Positions 6,917-10,458 of a DNA stretch of 10,458 bases are shown in pieces. The notes beneath the pieces were generated by a model, which saw nothing but the letters and a program-made list of their open reading frames with translations, ran no database searches and was not told the DNA's origin. The stretch comes from Prasinococcaceae sp. CCMP 1430 (Eukaryota > Plantae > Prasinodermophyta), in NCBI GenBank assembly GCA_013416795.1, contig RQSC01000907.1, positions 4,048 to 14,505 on the forward strand, written 5' to 3'. The stretch's first letter is position 1, and each line of letters begins with the position of its first letter. A program made the translations under genes and the position numbers.

Positions 6917-8728
6917 ACCTCCCCCGCCCCCGGCGCCCTCCCGCCGACCAACGGGCCCGGCGGCGAGAAGGAGAGCGCCAGCGTCAAGGTGCTCGACGCC
7001 GAGCGCGGCTACTGCAACCTGACGCGCTACTCGCCCGAGTACGTGCGCGCCGAGGCGCTGCGCTCGCCGCTCGCCGTCGCGGGGCGGCTCGCCGAGATCG
7101 TGGGCGGCGTGGGGGGCTTCGCGCTCGGCCTGTGGCTGGACGAGCGCGCGGGCGCCACCGACTCCAACGCGCCGCGGCGCGCGGCCGAGCTGCGCGAGCT
7201 GCTCGTGCGCCTGGGGCCCTCCTTCATCAAGGCCGGCCAGGTGCTCGCCAACCGGCCCGACATCGTGCGCGCCGACTACATGCAGGAGCTCACGCTGCTG
7301 CAGGACGACGTGCCCGCCTTCCCCGACGCGCAGGCCGTCGCCATCATCGAGCGGGAGCTCGGCGCCAAGCTGGAGACCCTCTTCGAGCGCGTCAGCGCCA
7401 CGCCCGTGGCGGCGGCCTCGCTCGGCCAGGTGTACAAGGCCGAGCTCAAGGGCAGCCGCGCGCCCGTGGCCGTCAAGGTGCAGCGGCCGGGCATCGAGCC
7501 CATCATCGTGCGCGACCTGTACCTCTTCCGCCAGCTGGCGCGCTTCGTCAACCCGCTGGCCAAGGCGCGCCTCGGCTGCAACGCCGAGCTCATCGTGGAC
7601 GAGTTCGGCGCCAAGCTGCTCGAGGAGCTCGACTACACGCTCGAGCTGAGCAACATGCGCGACTTCGGGCGCAACTTCCGCGACGACCCCAGCGTGAAGA
7701 TCCCCACGCCCTACCCGCAGGCGAGCGGCCGCCGCGTGCTCACCATGGAGTGGATCGACGGCGTGCGCTGCACCGACGTGGAGTCCATCCAGCGCACGCT
7801 CGACGTGGACAACTTCATCCGCGTGGGCGTCAAGAGCGGCCTGCGCCAGCTGCTCGAGTTCGGCCTCTTCCACGGCGACCCCCACCCGGGCAACATCTTC
7901 GCCATGCCCGACGGGCGCATCGCGTACGTGGACTTCGGCAACGTGGCGGACCTCTCGCAGCGCAACAAGGAGGTGCTCGTCGACGCCGTGGTGCACGCGG
8001 TCAACGAGGACTACGACTCGATGGCGGGGGACTTCATCAAGCTGGGCTTCCTGCCGCAGAACACCGACGTGCGGCCCTTCGTGCCGGCGCTCGAGGCCAT
8101 CTGGCAGGACTCGACCACCAAGTCGCTCTCCAGCTTCAACTTCCGCACCGTCACGAGCAAGTTCAACGAGCTCGTGTACGAGTACCCCATCCGCATCCCC
8201 GAGCGGTACGCGCTGGTGATCCGCTCGCTGCTCACGCAGGAGGGCATCTGCATGAGCCTCGAGCCCAACTTCAAGTTCCTCGAGGTGGCCTACCCCTACG
8301 TCGCCAAGCGGCTGCTCACCGACGACGACCCGGGCCTGCGCGACAGGCTCGTGCAGGTGCTCTTCGACGACGGCGAGTTCCAGTGGCAGCGGCTGCGCAA
8401 CATGATCGAGCTCGCCAAGGGCGACGCCTCCGCCGACGCGGCGGGCGCCGCCGGCGGCGGCGGCGGCGGCGGCCTCGACCTGCGCGACACCGTGCGCGAC
8501 GGCAGCGTGTTCCTGCTCTCGGCGGAGGCGGCGGACCTCCGCATGCAGCTGCTGCGCGCGTTCACGTCGGGCAGCCGCCTGCACGTGCAGGAGGTGCGCG
8601 AGATCGTGGAGCTGCTCGAGCCCGACCTCCGCCCGGACGCGCTCGTGCGCGACGCGGTGGAGGCCTTCCCGGAGATCTCGAGGGAGCTCGCGCTGGGGTG
8701 GACCAAGGACGTGCTGCGCAGGCGGTAG
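6837..8728 (+). CDS. ABC1K1: Plastoglobule ABC1 atypical kinase 1 (PGR6/ACDO1 orthologue); 5' end in the gap
   Basis: LGPSFIKAGQVLANRPDI, AAASLGQVY, VAVKVQRP, LGCNAELIVDEFG, FGLFHGDPHPGNIF, YVDFG and RSLLTQEGIC, plus a C-terminal LDLRDTVRDG...LALGWTKDVL matching the Arabidopsis ABC1K1 tail as I recall it. Near-100% GC3, TAG at 8726-8728. Confidence 0.93.
6881..6913 (+). repeat. (CAG)11 repeat, read as polyQ in the ABC1K1 frame
   Basis: Eleven perfect CAG units in frame with the kinase. Confidence 0.95.
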
Positions 8729-8987
8729 GGCGGGCGGGCGGGCGAACGGGGCGCGCGCGCGCGCGTAGGGCGCGCGCCGTCGGCCGCTGGGCCCAATTTT
8801 TGTGTGTGCGTGTGTGTGTGCGCGCGCGCTAGTGCGCGCGCTGGCGCGGCGGTGGTGGTGCTGTGGAACTTCGGTGGCGTAATCGGTCAGCCATTGCGCC
8901 CGGCCTCGCGCGCTCGCTCGGCGCGCGCGCGCGCGCGCGCGCTGCCTCCTCCGCCCCCTACACCCACCCACACGCACCCGCGCGCGC

Positions 8988-10458
8988 TCAGTCGGGCGTG
9001 CGCTCCTGCCACGCGTGCGCGTCCATCATCGCCATGAGGCTGCCCACGAACTGGTCGCGGACGTGGATGGCGAATTCCAGGTGGCCGTAGTCGAGCTCCT
9101 GGTAGCTGGCCGCCACCCCCGCCCGCAGCAGCAGCTCGTAGTGCCGCCGGACCATCGCCGCGGGCGTCAGGGCGTCGCGCGTGCCCGCCAGGATGTCCAC
9201 CGGCAGCCCGCGGAGCGCGGCGTAGTTGGCGCCCACGTCGAAGGGCCTGGCGCTGCCGTAGCGCGCGAGGTTCTCCGCCCGGCCGTAGTCGCGCATCTCG
9301 AAGCGCCCCGTCCGGAGCGACTGCTGCAGCTGCAGCAGCAGCTGGATGGATATGCCCGGCATGCGCGCCACCAGGTAGTCGCGCTTGGACGCCGCCAGCG
9401 ACCAGTCGCTCGCGTCGCCCCCGAACACGACGTTGCCGATCACCACGCCGAGCAGCTCGCCGACCGCGTCCAGCTCGTGCGCGAGGTCGTGCACCACCTT
9501 CCTGAAGAGCAGCCTGAGCACCCTCGAGGGGATGTACACCGCGGAGATGTGTCTGACCACGAGCGGCGCGGTGAGGTAGTTGCCGAAGACGAGCGATATG
9601 AGCCAGATGGACAGCGGGATGTCCATGTGGAAGCCCGCCGGCGCGCAGAGCACCATGTGGTCGACGGGCACGGCGCGCTCGTGCGTGCGCTCGTGCACGG
9701 CGTACACGAGCGTGGCGGCGGCGCCCACCGAGTGCGCGATCACCGACACCGTGTACGGCCGCGGCGCGCCGGGGCGCAGCTCCTCCTCGCGGAGCGCGCC
9801 GGCCTCCCGGAGCTCCGCGCACTTGGTGGCGTGGATGCGCTCCATGAACGCCGGTATGTCGTGGAGCGCGTGGTCGTCCAGCGAGAAGTTCCAGTAGCGC
9901 CACTGCGTGTCGCGCACGGCGGGGTCCGCGTGGCGGCGCGCGCCCGCCCAGCCGCGGAAGTTGCCCAGCCACACGTCGTAGCCGCGGTCCCACGCGGCCA
10001 GCGCGGGGCTGGACACGCAGTTCTCCGTGAGCCAGCCGACGCTCGAGTCGAGCAGGCCGGCCTGCATGTAGACCACCCTCCTCGAGCCCCTGTTGGGGAG
10101 CCGGTCCATGGTGAGGATGTACCCGTCGGCGGTGGTGACCTCCACCTGCTCGTAGGGGTAGCCCGCGCCGCGGATGATGCCACCGATGAGGTCGGCCTCG
10201 CCCTCCTCGTGACGCGCGAGCAGCTCGGTGAGGCCCTCGAGGAAGGACGTGAGCAGCGCCAGCGGCTTGGAGACCACCACGGAGCGCAGCCAGCGCAGCC
10301 ACGCGAGGGGGGAGAGGAACCGCGCGCACGCGCACGCGCACAGGTACGCCCACGCGGCGAGCGCGCGCAGCCGCGCACGCGCCCCGTCCAGGTCGGGGAG
10401 GGCGGCCAGCGGGTGGAGCTCGGAGGCGGCGTCGTCGCCGCCCGCGGCCGCCCCGCGT
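8988..10458 (-). CDS. Lysosomal/gastric-lipase-family alpha/beta hydrolase (plant At1g18460/At1g73920-like); 5' part beyond the window
   Basis: YPYEQVEVTTADGYIL, GLLDSS, GYDVWLGNFRG and WNFSLDDHALHDIP. Nucleophile AHSVG (Ser 9731-9729), GTRD (Asp 9176-9174), YGHLEF (His 9083-9081). The frame stays open from 10280 to the window edge; TGA at 8990-8988. Confidence 0.9.
   Translation of the reverse strand, partial: RGAAAGGDDAASELHPLAALPDLDGARARLRALAAWAYLCACACARFLSPLAWLRWLRSVVVSKPLALLTSFLEGLTELLARHEEGEADLIGGIIRGAGYPYEQVEVTTADGYILTMDRLPNRGSRRVVYMQAGLLDSSVGWLTENCVSSPALAAWDRGYDVWLGNFRGWAGARRHADPAVRDTQWRYWNFSLDDHALHDIPAFMERIHATKCAELREAGALREEELRPGAPRPYTVSVIAHSVGAAATLVYAVHERTHERAVPVDHMVLCAPAGFHMDIPLSIWLISLVFGNYLTAPLVVRHISAVYIPSRVLRLLFRKVVHDLAHELDAVGELLGVVIGNVVFGGDASDWSLAASKRDYLVARMPGISIQLLLQLQQSLRTGRFEMRDYGRAENLARYGSARPFDVGANYAALRGLPVDILAGTRDALTPAAMVRRHYELLLRAGVAASYQELDYGHLEFAIHVRDQFVGSLMAMMDAHAWQERTPD

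Noticed and set aside
5912-8977. Long overlapping ORFs antisense or out of frame to ABC1K1 (also 6541-8832 and 8887-10353)
   Set aside because: These are shadow ORFs expected from near-100% GC3 coding and gaps. They have Arg/Ala/Gly-rich low-information translations.
6837-10458. ABC1K1 plus lipase as a lipid-droplet functional cluster
   Set aside because: Two convergent neighbours in a compact eukaryotic genome are not evidence of clustering without synteny or co-expression.
1-10458. CRISPR array, tRNA or rRNA
   Set aside because: No repeat-spacer structure, cloverleaf or rRNA motif was seen.

Overview
GC-rich eukaryotic nuclear DNA, most likely from a green alga (inferred from plant-type orthologues and short, C-rich GT-AG introns). 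It is a draft scaffold with one single N (2492) and two gaps (4670-5326, 6614-6836). The right half is ordinary: a plastoglobule ABC1K1 kinase (+) converges on a lysosomal/gastric-lipase-family alpha/beta hydrolase (-) that runs off the window. The left half is unusual. A minus-strand, possibly SGNH-like gene (ATG at 5338) loses coding character near 3800 without a credible end. An orphan minus-strand terminal exon (933-1251), absent from the ORF track, lies about 2.4 kb further on. Between them, on the plus strand, are a spliced uncharacterised gene (about 1659-2490) and an intronless USP9X/USP24-like N-terminal fragment of about 430 codons with different codon usage and no catalytic domain. 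This is nested or interleaved genes, a captured fragment, or a misassembly; the sequence alone cannot decide. Two AT-rich islands share telomere-like (telo-box) motifs, and one carries a Helitron-like 3' signature. All family assignments come from remembered motifs, not database searches.
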